Below, one piece after another: positions 10,333 through 21,026 of a stretch of 64,000 nt of DNA. A program made the position numbers and the translations under genes. The stretch is from a virus. The stretch is taken from IMG/VR virus record IMGVR_UViG_3300034407_001956, positions 30,370 to 94,369 of that record, one strand, 5' to 3'. How positions within the stretch are numbered: position 1 is the stretch's first letter; each line of letters opens with the position of its first letter. The notes below the pieces were generated by a model. That model made no database searches. It was given only the letters and a program-made list of their open reading frames with translations, and had not been told where the DNA came from.

Positions 10333-11248
10333 TGTAAATAATCACATAGTAGATACATCTGAATTTTCTAATATGTTACACGATGATATAGTGATTCAGT
10401 ATGAAAAAGAGATTGCAAATTATGTTGGTGCTAAATATGCTTGTGCTGTAAATAGTGCGACCAATGCTATATTTTTAACGATGGTGATGGAAAAATATAT
10501 GAATCCACGAGTCATCAAAATACCGAGCATAATACCACCTGTAGTTGCTAACGCAATAATAACAAGCGGAAATAAAGTAGAGTTTACTGATAATGTTGAG
10601 TGGGTTGGTGATTCTTATGTACTACATAAATTCAGAACATATAAGGTGGTTGATTCTGCACAGAAATTAGAAAGAAATCAGTTTACAAAAGAATGTAATC
10701 CAAATGATTTGATGATGTTTAGTCACTATCCAACAAAACCTTTAGGTGGTGCTGATGGTGGAGTTATTGTTACAGATGATTATAAGAAGTATAAATGGTT
10801 TAAACAAGCAGTTTTAAATGGAACTACATTCTCTAATAATAATTGGGAAAGGGGTATATCTTTTCCTGGTTACAAATCTTATATGAGTTCTATACAAGCA
10901 AAAATAATTATGAATAACTTCGTAAACTTTGATAAAAAAATGAGAAGTTTGGGTAGTTTAGTTGATATGTATAATAAAGAATTAGGTTATGAAAACACTA
11001 GTAAACATCTTTATAGGATTGAGGTTGTGAATCAAGAAAAGTTCATTAATAATATGAAAAGAGCTGGAATAGTTTGTGGTATACATTACCCAGCATTACA
11101 TCTTAATTCCATTTACAATAATGGTAAGAAATTCGATTTACCAAAATCTGAAAAGGTAGCTAAACATACTGTTTCAATACCAATGAATGAAACCTTATCT
11201 TTTAATGATATGGAATATCTTTTAGAAAAAATAAAGGAGAATATGTAG
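10316..11248 (+). CDS. DegT/DnrJ/EryC1/StrS sugar aminotransferase
   Basis: AVNSATNA, DSAQ, FSHYPTKPLGGADGG, GIHYP. Confidence 0.9.
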   Translation: MIQLFNVNNHIVDTSEFSNMLHDDIVIQYEKEIANYVGAKYACAVNSATNAIFLTMVMEKYMNPRVIKIPSIIPPVVANAIITSGNKVEFTDNVEWVGDSYVLHKFRTYKVVDSAQKLERNQFTKECNPNDLMMFSHYPTKPLGGADGGVIVTDDYKKYKWFKQAVLNGTTFSNNNWERGISFPGYKSYMSSIQAKIIMNNFVNFDKKMRSLGSLVDMYNKELGYENTSKHLYRIEVVNQEKFINNMKRAGIVCGIHYPALHLNSIYNNGKKFDLPKSEKVAKHTVSIPMNETLSFNDMEYLLEKIKENM

Positions 11249-11856
11249 TGGCTGTATCTTTTTATGATGGCACATCGGACTTTTATCTCAATGATTCTGA
11301 GTTTAACGGTCCTCGTGATAAGGGTAAATTAGAGCCAGTTTATACTAAATTGTATGAGTTGGTTAAGAATGCCAAACCTAATAATATAGTGGAGTTAGGA
11401 GTTGGTTCAGGTGCTTGTACTGTCGCTATGGCTAGAGGTTTGGAAGAAGTAAATGCTGATGGTAGGATGATTGGTTTCGATACTTTTGATGCTTGGGGTG
11501 GAATCAGAACTGTTTATAAGAAGTTAAAATCACGGAACCTACATAATTTCATACATAGTATGAAAGAGGGTAATGTCTTTGATTTATGGGTAAATAATCC
11601 AACTGATTTTGATTTTTTGTGGATAGACATTGACAACACTTGGAGAAGTACATATGATGTTGTTTTTGGTAATGAAAAGATACTAAACCAAATAAAAGAA
11701 GGTAGTCCTGTTTACATAGAAGGTGGTGCTGATGCACATCCGAGAATGAATAAAAATACTCTCAATGATTTCCATAATAGTTTGGGTAAAGAAGTTTTTA
11801 AGTACACACTTCTATCAGGTTTGAGAGTTAGTATCTCAAAATTAGAATTAATATAA
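11248..11856 (+). CDS. class I SAM-dependent methyltransferase (Methyltransf_24-like)
   Basis: IVELGVGSG, DFLWIDID. Confidence 0.7.
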   Translation: MAVSFYDGTSDFYLNDSEFNGPRDKGKLEPVYTKLYELVKNAKPNNIVELGVGSGACTVAMARGLEEVNADGRMIGFDTFDAWGGIRTVYKKLKSRNLHNFIHSMKEGNVFDLWVNNPTDFDFLWIDIDNTWRSTYDVVFGNEKILNQIKEGSPVYIEGGADAHPRMNKNTLNDFHNSLGKEVFKYTLLSGLRVSISKLELI

Positions 11857-11864
11857 GGAATAGT

Positions 11865-12788
11865 ATGAAAAAAATATTGGTATTAGCAACTGGTTGGCAT
11901 TTCAGTTCTCATTTTTATGAGGAGATGGTTAAACAAAAAGTACCTGATGGTTGGGAAGTTGATTATTTTTGTATTGCACATAGAGCACCTGAAGATGAGA
12001 ATACTATAGCTGAGAAACAAAACATCAGAGATTCGGAGCCTGAAAACTTCTTAGTTGAGATGGATAAACAAATGTATGAGTATCCAATAACTGAAGAAGA
12101 TTTAACCAATTTAGGGTGGATTTATTTGTTGGAAGATAATACCTGTTGTGATGGTGAAATATTTAATCAATGGGCAGATAATGAAAACCATAACTACGAA
12201 GATTACGACATTATATGTTTAACGCACGATGACAATTACATACTATCAGATAATCTGTTTATGGATATGTTAGAGAATAATATTAAGGTACACAAACCAA
12301 TAATTCATAGTAGATATGGTGTAGCTAACCATCAATTTAAAACTGAAGAGGTTGCTATAAATGATATAGATTGGATGTTCTTAGAAAATGGTTATAGTGA
12401 ACACGTTCCAAAGGCTTTCACACCAAGATCTTCCTTTTGTTTCTTTAAAAAAGAATTAGTTGATTTACTACCTGATAATAGATTTGACATAACTGAAACA
12501 GTGACTGGTAATAAACTGATGAGTAGAGTTGGTGAGACAAAAAGTTTTGATGAACATATGGATTTAAATGATTGGAATAGTCCTGTTGGAACATTGAGAG
12601 AATGGTTATACAATGTAAAGCCGGATTTAGGAATGTTAAATCATTGTGGATGGTTCTCAGTATCAGCTCAAAGGGTTAGTCGTTATTGTATAGAAGGAGA
12701 AAGAGGACTTGTCAGTAAACATCAAAGTGATTGTGGTAAATATGTTCCATCACTTCTAAAACAATTAGAAGAAATAGGGATGGTGTGA
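11865..12788 (+). CDS. putative GT-A glycosyltransferase
   Basis: YDIICLTHDDN (DxD-like) in a glycan cluster. Confidence 0.45.
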   Translation: MKKILVLATGWHFSSHFYEEMVKQKVPDGWEVDYFCIAHRAPEDENTIAEKQNIRDSEPENFLVEMDKQMYEYPITEEDLTNLGWIYLLEDNTCCDGEIFNQWADNENHNYEDYDIICLTHDDNYILSDNLFMDMLENNIKVHKPIIHSRYGVANHQFKTEEVAINDIDWMFLENGYSEHVPKAFTPRSSFCFFKKELVDLLPDNRFDITETVTGNKLMSRVGETKSFDEHMDLNDWNSPVGTLREWLYNVKPDLGMLNHCGWFSVSAQRVSRYCIEGERGLVSKHQSDCGKYVPSLLKQLEEIGMV

Positions 12789-12789
12789 T

Positions 12790-13527
12790 ATGAATATAAC
12801 TACGCCAGTAATTCACGATAGACATTTAGTTAGAGAAGCCTTTGAACTTCTGAAGAGTCAAACAGAACCAGGTATATTTACACATCCAAAAGACTTAACA
12901 ATATTGACTTGTAGAAATGAGGGTTCGTTAGAGGATAGAATTATAGATAGTTTGGTTGGTTATGATGAGACTTCGATATTAGAAGCTAATACAGAATATT
13001 TAGGTTTGGATTTAGTTGTACTGAAAGATGCTAGATTACCTTGGAGAAACACATTTAAATTTGAATTGATAAACAACTATCTTCAATCGGGCAAATGTAC
13101 TACAGAATATTTTATGTTTTGTGATGCTGTCGATGTTATTTTTGTAGACCATCCAACTAAAGTTATTGATATATTTAAATCTTTTCAATGTCAAGCTTTA
13201 TTTATGTCTACCTCATCGTTAGATGGATACAATTGTATGCCAGAGGTATTAGATTGGGTTCATAATACAAATGGGGGTATACCTCGTTATTTAAATAGTG
13301 GTGTCTATATTGGAAAAACATCTTTCATAAAAGAATTATTTGAAATGTCTATGGAATATGCTCTACCACACGGAGTCATTATGGATGAATACAGAGATTA
13401 TTTAGCTAAAGAACCTAAAGATTATCCGCATGGTTCACAAGACCAAGATATTATTAGATATTTAGAACCAAAACTTTATCCACAATTAAGGGTGGATTAT
13501 CAAAACAAAATGGCATTTAGGGGTTGA
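12790..13527 (+). CDS. PLOD-type glycosyltransferase domain protein
   Basis: FCDAVDV, YLNSGVYIG, DQD. Confidence 0.7.
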   Translation: MNITTPVIHDRHLVREAFELLKSQTEPGIFTHPKDLTILTCRNEGSLEDRIIDSLVGYDETSILEANTEYLGLDLVVLKDARLPWRNTFKFELINNYLQSGKCTTEYFMFCDAVDVIFVDHPTKVIDIFKSFQCQALFMSTSSLDGYNCMPEVLDWVHNTNGGIPRYLNSGVYIGKTSFIKELFEMSMEYALPHGVIMDEYRDYLAKEPKDYPHGSQDQDIIRYLEPKLYPQLRVDYQNKMAFRG

Positions 13528-13528
13528 T

Positions 13529-14437
13529 ATGAAAATATTAATAACAGGAGGAACTGGAACTGTAGGTAAATCTCTCATAAAACAAAATGATAATGAGTAT
13601 ATCAGCATAAGTAGGAATGAAGAGAACATAACTAATTTAAAAAGAGAATATCCAAATGTTAAATGTTATGTTGGTAATATAGAAGATAAGTCTTTACTGC
13701 TCAGAGTATTTAAAGATGTAAAGCCAGATGCTGTAGTACACGCAGCTGCTATGAAACACATTGATTTGATGGAAGAGAATCCAATAGCTGGTTGTAATGT
13801 AAATGTTGTGGGAAGTCTGAATGTGGTAGAGGCTAGTATTATAAATGATGTTCCAATAACCATTGGTGTCAGTACAGACAAAGCTTGCTTATCAGAAAGT
13901 GTTTATGGTGCTTCAAAGTATCTGATGGAAAGAGTCTTTATGAATAGCAACAATGATAATGGTAGTAGATTTGCTTTGACTAGATTTGCTAATGTGGCTC
14001 ATAGTAATGGTTCAGTATTACCATTTTGGTTGAAGTTAAAATCAGAACGTAAACCACTCAAACTTACAGATCCAAAGATGAACAGATTAATATTCTCAAA
14101 AGATGACGCTGCTAGTTTGATTAATAGAACCATTGACTTTACCCAAAAATATGGTGGTGGATTTGTAAAGTCGTATAAGATGAAATGTGTGAATATGCTA
14201 GATTTAGCTAAAGTAATATCTGATAATATAGAGATAGTCGGTACGAGACCTGGTGAAAAAAGAGATGAGGATTTAATATCTGAAAGAGAAATAGCTCGTA
14301 CTTTTATTTATGATGACGACATACATATAAAAGCTGAAAAGAATACTGAAGTAAATAGGTTATTTGAACCATATAATTCAGCTAGTGCTGAGAAGATGAG
14401 TTGGGAAGAGATGTTAGAGTTGGTCAATAGATGTTAA
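13529..14437 (+). CDS. UDP-GlcNAc 4,6-dehydratase (PseB/CapD-like)
   Basis: ITGGTGTVG, HAAAMKH, STDKA, YGASK, RPGEK. Confidence 0.9.
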   Translation: MKILITGGTGTVGKSLIKQNDNEYISISRNEENITNLKREYPNVKCYVGNIEDKSLLLRVFKDVKPDAVVHAAAMKHIDLMEENPIAGCNVNVVGSLNVVEASIINDVPITIGVSTDKACLSESVYGASKYLMERVFMNSNNDNGSRFALTRFANVAHSNGSVLPFWLKLKSERKPLKLTDPKMNRLIFSKDDAASLINRTIDFTQKYGGGFVKSYKMKCVNMLDLAKVISDNIEIVGTRPGEKRDEDLISEREIARTFIYDDDIHIKAEKNTEVNRLFEPYNSASAEKMSWEEMLELVNRC

Positions 14438-15450
14438 AAGATTATAAAATAGCTTGGTTCACAGAAGGTGGATGGACAGGTAAAGTTGGATTAGATAATC
14501 CTAATATGAGAAATGATGTATCTACGATGTATACATTAGGAGCTGAACACTTTCCTATATTTCAAATATCACAAGTCTTACAACATTTTGGTGAGAATCA
14601 CTTTGATTTTGGTATTGTAACTTTACCAAAAACAAAGACAGAAGAACTAATGAAGTTTGATATGGTTGGTGATTTAAAGAAGTTATGTAAGAAAACTATA
14701 TCAATGCAAGAAGGTCCTCATTGGTTGTTTCAAGACTACACAATGGAACAACAGATTTGGTGGTTTAATGCCCTTACAGAATTTGATTTACTATTTGCTC
14801 ATAATAAAAAAGATGTAAACTATTATAAAGGGGTTACAGATAAACCTGTACATAAAATGCCAACACTAATGTTAGCGGAGAGGCTTGGAGTAGTTCCTAA
14901 AATTGATTCTTTGGTAGATGAGTATGGAGATTTACCCAGCCCAAAAGCTTATGAACAACACAAAGTAATTATCGGCGGTAATATGGTAAGATGGTATGGT
15001 GGGTTTGATTCTTATGTGATTGCTAGAGAATTTGATATGCCAATTGTTGCTCCATCTATGGGTAGAAGAATAGAAAGAGAAGAAGAAATGGGTATAAATC
15101 ATCTTCCTTATATGGGCTGGACAGAATGGATGAATAATTTGAGTTCAATGTACATCGGTGTTCATCTGATGCCAACACATGCGGCTGGTACATTTGCATT
15201 GAATTGTGCATACCACGGAATACCTTGTATTGGTTACAGAGGATTAGATACTCAACAGGAACTACATCCTTTATTATCGGTGGATGATGGGGATTTAAAT
15301 GCTGCTATAAACTTAGCACAGAGATTAAAAGAACCAAATCATTATAATCAATATAGTATTAGTTGTAGAGAGAATTATAAAAACTCTCTTTATAACGAAG
15401 AGAACTTTGTACCTTACATAACAGAAATATTGGAGTCTTTAAATGGATAA
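14431..15450 (+). CDS. putative GT-B glycosyltransferase
   Basis: C-terminal AGTFALNCAYHGIPCIG resembles the GT-B nucleotide-binding signature; cluster context. Confidence 0.5.
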   Translation: MLKDYKIAWFTEGGWTGKVGLDNPNMRNDVSTMYTLGAEHFPIFQISQVLQHFGENHFDFGIVTLPKTKTEELMKFDMVGDLKKLCKKTISMQEGPHWLFQDYTMEQQIWWFNALTEFDLLFAHNKKDVNYYKGVTDKPVHKMPTLMLAERLGVVPKIDSLVDEYGDLPSPKAYEQHKVIIGGNMVRWYGGFDSYVIAREFDMPIVAPSMGRRIEREEEMGINHLPYMGWTEWMNNLSSMYIGVHLMPTHAAGTFALNCAYHGIPCIGYRGLDTQQELHPLLSVDDGDLNAAINLAQRLKEPNHYNQYSISCRENYKNSLYNEENFVPYITEILESLNG

Positions 15451-15691
15451 TAAATTACAAGAGCTATTAACAATCACAATGGAAGAATGTGGTGAGTTGA
15501 TTCAAGCATGCAGTAAAGCAATTCGTTGTGATACATACTATGATAATGATAAGCTATTGGAGGAGGTTGGTGATGTCCAACAGATGATAGAGCTGATGCA
15601 CGATTACGATTTAATTAGTTGGGAAGATGTTCAAGTCCGTATGAAGTTAAAAGAAGAAAAATTAAAGAAATGGAGTAAGTTATATGATTGA
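15443..15691 (+). CDS. MazG-like NTP pyrophosphohydrolase
   Basis: EECGEL...EEVGDV motif. Confidence 0.8.
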   Translation: MDNKLQELLTITMEECGELIQACSKAIRCDTYYDNDKLLEEVGDVQQMIELMHDYDLISWEDVQVRMKLKEEKLKKWSKLYD

Positions 15692-16916
15692 TGATAGAAT
15701 AATAAGTTTTATCCAACCTAGCAGAAATAATTTAAAGTATTTAAAATGGAGCTATAATAGTATCCGTAAGAACTTAGGATACAGACACGAGATATGTTGG
15801 GCTGATGATTTCTCTGATGATGGAACTTGGGAGTGGATGCAGGAGATTGCAGACAAAGATAAGAATGTAAAGATATATAGAAACGAAGGACCTGAAAGAT
15901 TAGGACATACTATATTATATGATACATTAGTCAAAATAGCAACAAGTGATATTGTAATGATATATCATGCAGATATGTATGCTTGTCCTGGTATGGATGA
16001 TGCAGTTCTACGACATTTAGAACGTGGGAAGGTGGTTAGTGCTACTAGAATAGAACCACCACTACATCCAGACGGGCCTGAGAAAATATTAGTAGATTTC
16101 GGAATAGAACCTGAAGAGTTTGAAGAACAAAAACTGATGGAATGGTTAGAGGGTGATATGAAAGTCTCAACAAATGTGGGTAGAACTACTGAAGGAATAT
16201 TTGCTCCGTGGGCTATATACAAAGATGATTTTTTGGCAATCGGTGGGCACGATCCTTTGTACGCTCCACAATCAAAAGAGGACTCTGATATATTCAATAG
16301 GTTTGTATTAGCTGGATACGAAACAATACAGACTTGGCAGGGCTTTGTATACCATATGACTTGTAGAGGTAGTAGATTCAAAGATGGTGCTATGAGGAAT
16401 CCTGCTGGTCAGGTCTTTATGAAAGGTAGAGAATCGTCAGAGTGGTTGGCTCAAAATCTAAGGAGTACTCGTAACTTCATTCGTAAATGGGGGCATATGG
16501 TAAATCACGACCAATTTCTTAAACCTATTGTACCACCCAAATATGACATAGGGTTTGTGGTAAAAAATTGTGATAGCAATATGTTGAAAGAATTAGAACC
16601 TTGGTGTTCTGATATGTATGGTGATTGGGTTGGACATAAAGGTTTTGGTGTGAATCAGTATATCGAAGAAGAACAACCAAATACAAAGTTTAAATTGAGT
16701 AATAAATTACACTCACATCATACAAAACCAACCAATGATATAGTAGTTAGTTTCGATGCTCAAAAGCTAACACCACAGAACTTTCAGGTCATTGTCAATA
16801 TGTCTGAACTAATAACAGATAGTGGTGAGGTGGGTGAGATGGAATATGATATATTTAAATTTAAAATCAACTCTATAAAAACATATGAAAAGGAGTTAAT
16901 AATATGCGAGTCTTAG
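15684..16916 (+). CDS. GT2-family glycosyltransferase
   Basis: ADDFSDDGT, HADM, IGGHD, EDSD. Confidence 0.85.
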   Translation: MIDDRIISFIQPSRNNLKYLKWSYNSIRKNLGYRHEICWADDFSDDGTWEWMQEIADKDKNVKIYRNEGPERLGHTILYDTLVKIATSDIVMIYHADMYACPGMDDAVLRHLERGKVVSATRIEPPLHPDGPEKILVDFGIEPEEFEEQKLMEWLEGDMKVSTNVGRTTEGIFAPWAIYKDDFLAIGGHDPLYAPQSKEDSDIFNRFVLAGYETIQTWQGFVYHMTCRGSRFKDGAMRNPAGQVFMKGRESSEWLAQNLRSTRNFIRKWGHMVNHDQFLKPIVPPKYDIGFVVKNCDSNMLKELEPWCSDMYGDWVGHKGFGVNQYIEEEQPNTKFKLSNKLHSHHTKPTNDIVVSFDAQKLTPQNFQVIVNMSELITDSGEVGEMEYDIFKFKINSIKTYEKELIICES

Positions 16917-17824
16917 TAACAGGTGGTGCCGGATTTGTTGGAACTAATCTAATAAAGAGATTATTAAAAGATGGTCACGAAGTAGTATCGGTAGACAATT
17001 ATTCAACAGGTAAAAAAGAAAATGAACAAAAAGGTTGTGAATATCATCACAGAGATTTGTCAAATAGTGATTGGTGGGCATTATGGGATAATTGTGAGTG
17101 CCAGTTTAGCTGTGACTGTCAGATAGAACCTGTCGATATAATATATCATTTAGCTGCTCTACCAAGAATTGTACCATCATTTGAAAAGCCGGTTGATACA
17201 TTTAAATCAGGTCCTATGGCAACTATTAATGTATTAGATTGGGCTAAACATTCAGAGACACCAGTCATATATGCTGGTTCATCATCAGTTACAGGCGATG
17301 TGTATGCTAATCCATATACCTTTACTAAGTGGCAGAATGAACATCTAATGGATTTGTATAATAAGCTATTTAGTGTTCCAACTGCTATTTGTAGGTTCTA
17401 CAATGTGTATGGTGAACACCAGGCAAGCGAAGGTAGTTATTGTAATGTATTGGGTATATTCCAAAGACAGTTCAGTAATGGAGAACCACTAACCATTACA
17501 GGCGATGGAGAACAACGAAGGGATTTTACATATGTTGGCGATATTGTAGATGGTTTAGTTAAATGTGGTACATCTTTGTTGATTCCAAATGCATATCACG
17601 CTAAAATCAATGGTGAATCATTTGAATTGGGTAATGGTGATAATCGTTCTATCAACGAATTGGCTGAAGCATTCGGAGACTATCCTACAGAGTATATTGA
17701 CGCTAGGCCAGGTGAAATGAGAGAGACTCTAAATACGGATACAAAAGCTCAAGAAAAGTTAGGTTGGAAACCAAATGGTGACATAATAAGATTTATTAAA
17801 GAAAATTATGTTTTAGATAAATGA
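16904..17824 (+). CDS. NAD-dependent epimerase/dehydratase
   Basis: VTGGAGFVG, YTFTK, RFYNVYG, GDGEQRRDFTYV. Confidence 0.9.
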   Translation: MRVLVTGGAGFVGTNLIKRLLKDGHEVVSVDNYSTGKKENEQKGCEYHHRDLSNSDWWALWDNCECQFSCDCQIEPVDIIYHLAALPRIVPSFEKPVDTFKSGPMATINVLDWAKHSETPVIYAGSSSVTGDVYANPYTFTKWQNEHLMDLYNKLFSVPTAICRFYNVYGEHQASEGSYCNVLGIFQRQFSNGEPLTITGDGEQRRDFTYVGDIVDGLVKCGTSLLIPNAYHAKINGESFELGNGDNRSINELAEAFGDYPTEYIDARPGEMRETLNTDTKAQEKLGWKPNGDIIRFIKENYVLDK

Positions 17825-18057
17825 CATACTATATATTATTAGGTAATGATTCCGTAGAAGATATATGGGATGAAAACATTTTAGGAGAAGAATCTTTTGA
17901 AACGTTTTATACAGGTAATGGTTTTAAAGCTTTAAATAATATAGTTATAAGACAACCTGATTTATTAGAGACTGTAACTATTATAGATGAACAAAAAAGG
18001 ACATACGAAGTGTCAGAATTTTTGGATTTAATTACAAAATGGAAAATAATGTCTTGA
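17821..18057 (+). CDS. hypothetical protein
   Basis: ORF translationally coupled to the upstream gene. Confidence 0.6.
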   Translation: MTYYILLGNDSVEDIWDENILGEESFETFYTGNGFKALNNIVIRQPDLLETVTIIDEQKRTYEVSEFLDLITKWKIMS

Positions 18058-18083
18058 CTTTTAGTGTAAAAGTTGAGTATATT
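18054..18083 (+). promoter_or_regulatory. sigma70-type promoter
   Basis: TTGACT-18nt-TATATT. Confidence 0.6.
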
Positions 18084-18212
18084 TAGGAGAAGATAAGATG
18101 AATTTAGACTACAGGGATTGGGAAGAGCTTGAAGATGAAGCATTGGAAGAATCTCAACAGACTAAGAAAAAACCAAAAAAGAAAAAGAAAACTTGGAAGG
18201 AATTAAACACAA

Positions 18213-18761
18213 ATGAACAGACTAAAAGGAATAAAAAGACTGGCAAACTATGGTCTAATCACCCTAATAGGATTTAACTTATTTATAGGTTGTGAAGATA
18301 GCAACCACATAGAGCCGATAGAATTTGTATTAGAATCTAATTTAACTGAAGATTCTAATGGCTTTTACCACTTAGAGATAGATACTTCGGTATGGCAAAC
18401 TCTACATAGAATAAGTGGTGGTGTTTACAGAAATGGCGAATCTGTAGATGTAATAAAATTTGGATGGTACAGTTCTCATCATTGGATAATAGGAGATGAG
18501 TTCGGTTACGTTATAGCTAACAATGGATTAACCGATGATATGACATACGTTGGTTATGACACGACATATATTACTTGGTTTACTGGTTGGGAAGTTCCAA
18601 TCGTAAATGGTGCATCTTATAGTAATTCGGATGGAGAAGTGAATACTATGATGGCGCCTATAAAAACTATGGTAGGAGATACTGCTGCTATTCAATACTC
18701 TTTCTACGATGACTGGAGAGGGGAAGAAACCAATGGGGTATTTTATGTAATATTTGATTAG
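18213..18761 (+). CDS. putative lipoprotein
   Basis: Hydrophobic leader ending FIGC (lipobox-like). Confidence 0.55.
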   Translation: MNRLKGIKRLANYGLITLIGFNLFIGCEDSNHIEPIEFVLESNLTEDSNGFYHLEIDTSVWQTLHRISGGVYRNGESVDVIKFGWYSSHHWIIGDEFGYVIANNGLTDDMTYVGYDTTYITWFTGWEVPIVNGASYSNSDGEVNTMMAPIKTMVGDTAAIQYSFYDDWRGEETNGVFYVIFD

Positions 18762-18774
18762 TAGGAGATGAGCT

Positions 18775-19023
18775 ATGAAGTTTGTGTTGGTAGATAAATT
18801 AGACAACATAACTGATAAGAGAGATTTTAGCAATATAGAAGAAGCTAATAGGTATTTTATCAGCAGGAAGCAAATAGAAGAGAATGAATTTAATAACTTG
18901 TGGAAAGTAATGTTACAGAGTGATTATGACACTCAAAGGCAGATTTCACAAAGGCAAGGAAGTACAATACAATATGAGTGGTGGAGAGAAGAGGATACAT
19001 ATTTGGATGGGGAGAAGTCGTAA
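18775..19023 (+). CDS. hypothetical protein
   Basis: ORF with AGGAG RBS. Confidence 0.6.
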   Translation: MKFVLVDKLDNITDKRDFSNIEEANRYFISRKQIEENEFNNLWKVMLQSDYDTQRQISQRQGSTIQYEWWREEDTYLDGEKS

Positions 19024-19272
19024 TGAATTGGAATAAATTTATAAGAGATGAAATGGTACACATTTATATTGGTATGTTTATATTAATTATTTTAATCGTG
19101 TTGAATAAATGAAAGAATTAACTAAAGAACAACAAAAAGAATTGGAAATGCTGGCTACTGAAATAGAAGCAGAAGCTATCCAAATGAAAATAGACTATGA
19201 GAACAATCCATCAGAAATGAGCGGAAGTATTGTAGTTGTACACGAAGAATCAGAATACTTAGATGAGGAAGA

Positions 19273-20037
19273 GTGACTAAAAAATATGTAGATACATCTA
19301 AACTATCTGTTAGAGAAATAGATAGAAAGATTGCTAAGAAATTAATAGTTGAGAATCATTATTCACATCAATGGACAAAATGTACTCACGCATTGGGTTT
19401 GTTTACCACAACGGGTAGAGAACACTCATTTTTTGATGAACCTGAAGAGAAGTTAATTGGTGCTATATGTTATGGAGATCCAATAGGTAGAAACTCTGGC
19501 GCTTCAATATCATTAGCAGTACCGAGAACAGCAGTATTTGAGTTGGTAAGATTATTTGTATTTGATGGTTATGGTGGCAATATAGAATCATATCTAATAG
19601 GTGAGAGTTTTAGGTGGTTGAAGAAGAATAGGCCGGATATAAAAGCTCTCATATCATATTCAGACCCAATGCAAGGTCATGTTGGAACTGTGTATCAGGC
19701 AACCAATTGGATATACCAAGGTAATAATATAAGGTGGTCTGATAGTTGGTTGTTTAGATTTGAAGAGGATGGTAAGTGGCAACACGGAAGAACTATATTT
19801 CCTTATTATGGCACAAATGATATAAAGAAGATGAAAGGCTTAGTTAAGAATGACTTTTGGGTAAAGAAAGAGGTGAAGAAACATAGATATGTTTATCTAT
19901 TAGGAACTAAGGGAGACAGAAAGAAAGCTTTAAGAAAAATAAAACATCCGATTCTACCATATCCGAAAACAGGTGATATAATGGAATCAGAAATAGTAAA
20001 AATAAAAGTACACAAATTTGGGAGGATTGATGGCTAA
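19273..20037 (+). CDS. mom: Mu Mom-like adenine-modification enzyme (GNAT fold)
   Basis: IVENHYSH, FELVRLF, NIESYLI, ISYSDPMQGHVGTVYQATNWIYQG and KHRYVY match Mom-family motifs. Confidence 0.85.
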   Translation: MTKKYVDTSKLSVREIDRKIAKKLIVENHYSHQWTKCTHALGLFTTTGREHSFFDEPEEKLIGAICYGDPIGRNSGASISLAVPRTAVFELVRLFVFDGYGGNIESYLIGESFRWLKKNRPDIKALISYSDPMQGHVGTVYQATNWIYQGNNIRWSDSWLFRFEEDGKWQHGRTIFPYYGTNDIKKMKGLVKNDFWVKKEVKKHRYVYLLGTKGDRKKALRKIKHPILPYPKTGDIMESEIVKIKVHKFGRIDG

Positions 20038-20578
20038 TCACGTATGGACAAGAACAGTAATAAATTCGGATAAAGAAGAGGTTCATTCTAAATTATTGGA
20101 GTGGTATGGTGAAATAAAACAACACCACGATGTAAAAGGAGTTGTTGAACCAATATTCGGAAAAGATTGGGATTATGATATAAACTTAATAGGTAGCAAA
20201 TGGATTGTGATAGAAGATTGTACATTAGGTGATGCTCCAGATACAGAGATTAACTTCTGTTCAGCCTGGTCTCCGCCAATAGAGTTTATGGAAGAATTTA
20301 CGGCAACTTTAGTAGCTATAGATGATACAGTTACGGTAGAGTTTACAGGCGATGAAGAATCAGATGACTTTTTGTTTGCTGGTTATGGTAGTAAGAATGG
20401 ATTTCATTGTGAAGAAGATTCTGATGTTCCTGAAAGACCATTTGAAGAAGAATGTGAAGAGGATGGTACAGATTATGATGAATTGGTAGATGAGTTTTAC
20501 GATGAGTGTTGGTCGATACAAAATAATATGTTAAGTATGTGTAAAAAGAAGGTAGAAGAAAATGATAAAGATAATTAG
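20030..20578 (+). CDS. DUF1281/YubB-like ferredoxin-fold protein
   Basis: MANH start and FCSAWSPP motif. Confidence 0.55.
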   Translation: MANHVWTRTVINSDKEEVHSKLLEWYGEIKQHHDVKGVVEPIFGKDWDYDINLIGSKWIVIEDCTLGDAPDTEINFCSAWSPPIEFMEEFTATLVAIDDTVTVEFTGDEESDDFLFAGYGSKNGFHCEEDSDVPERPFEEECEEDGTDYDELVDEFYDECWSIQNNMLSMCKKKVEENDKDN

Positions 20579-20719
20579 TATAACGCTAGCATTGTTACTT
20601 TTCAATAGTTGCGCTTGGTTGTCTGCACCTTACGAATCAGACAATGATAGGCAGACAGAAAAAAAGAAGAAACAAAAACGAAACAAAGGTGAAAAGCCTG
20701 ATTTAGATAGGATGTAAAT

Positions 20720-20959
20720 ATGATACAAATAGAAATAATAGGTTGGGTGTGGTTAGGAATAATCGTAGGTATGCTAATAGGCATAGTTTTAAGTTCTTTA
20801 ATGGGTGCTAGTAAGTTTGGTGATTTACAGGCAGACAATGTAAAGCTTAAATTTATAGCAGACTCACTCAAAGAGGAAATATTCAGATTAGAAAACCAAG
20901 TCAAGCCAAAACCAAGAAAGAAAAGAATTCAAGCTAAATCAATAAAAATTGGTGAATAA
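20720..20959 (+). CDS. hypothetical membrane protein
   Basis: N-terminal TM segment, coiled coil, basic tail. Confidence 0.55.
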   Translation: MIQIEIIGWVWLGIIVGMLIGIVLSSLMGASKFGDLQADNVKLKFIADSLKEEIFRLENQVKPKPRKKRIQAKSIKIGE

Positions 20960-21026
20960 ATAATATCTTTGATATTTATTTATAAGTTAAAAAACTGCAG
21001 AATATAACTTAAATGGAGATCGAATA

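Noticed and set aside
1-17824. Bacterial chromosomal O-antigen/capsule locus
   Set aside because: There are no export or polymerase genes, and the region is continuous with phage-type genes and promoters; a cellular origin is not fully excluded without the flanks.
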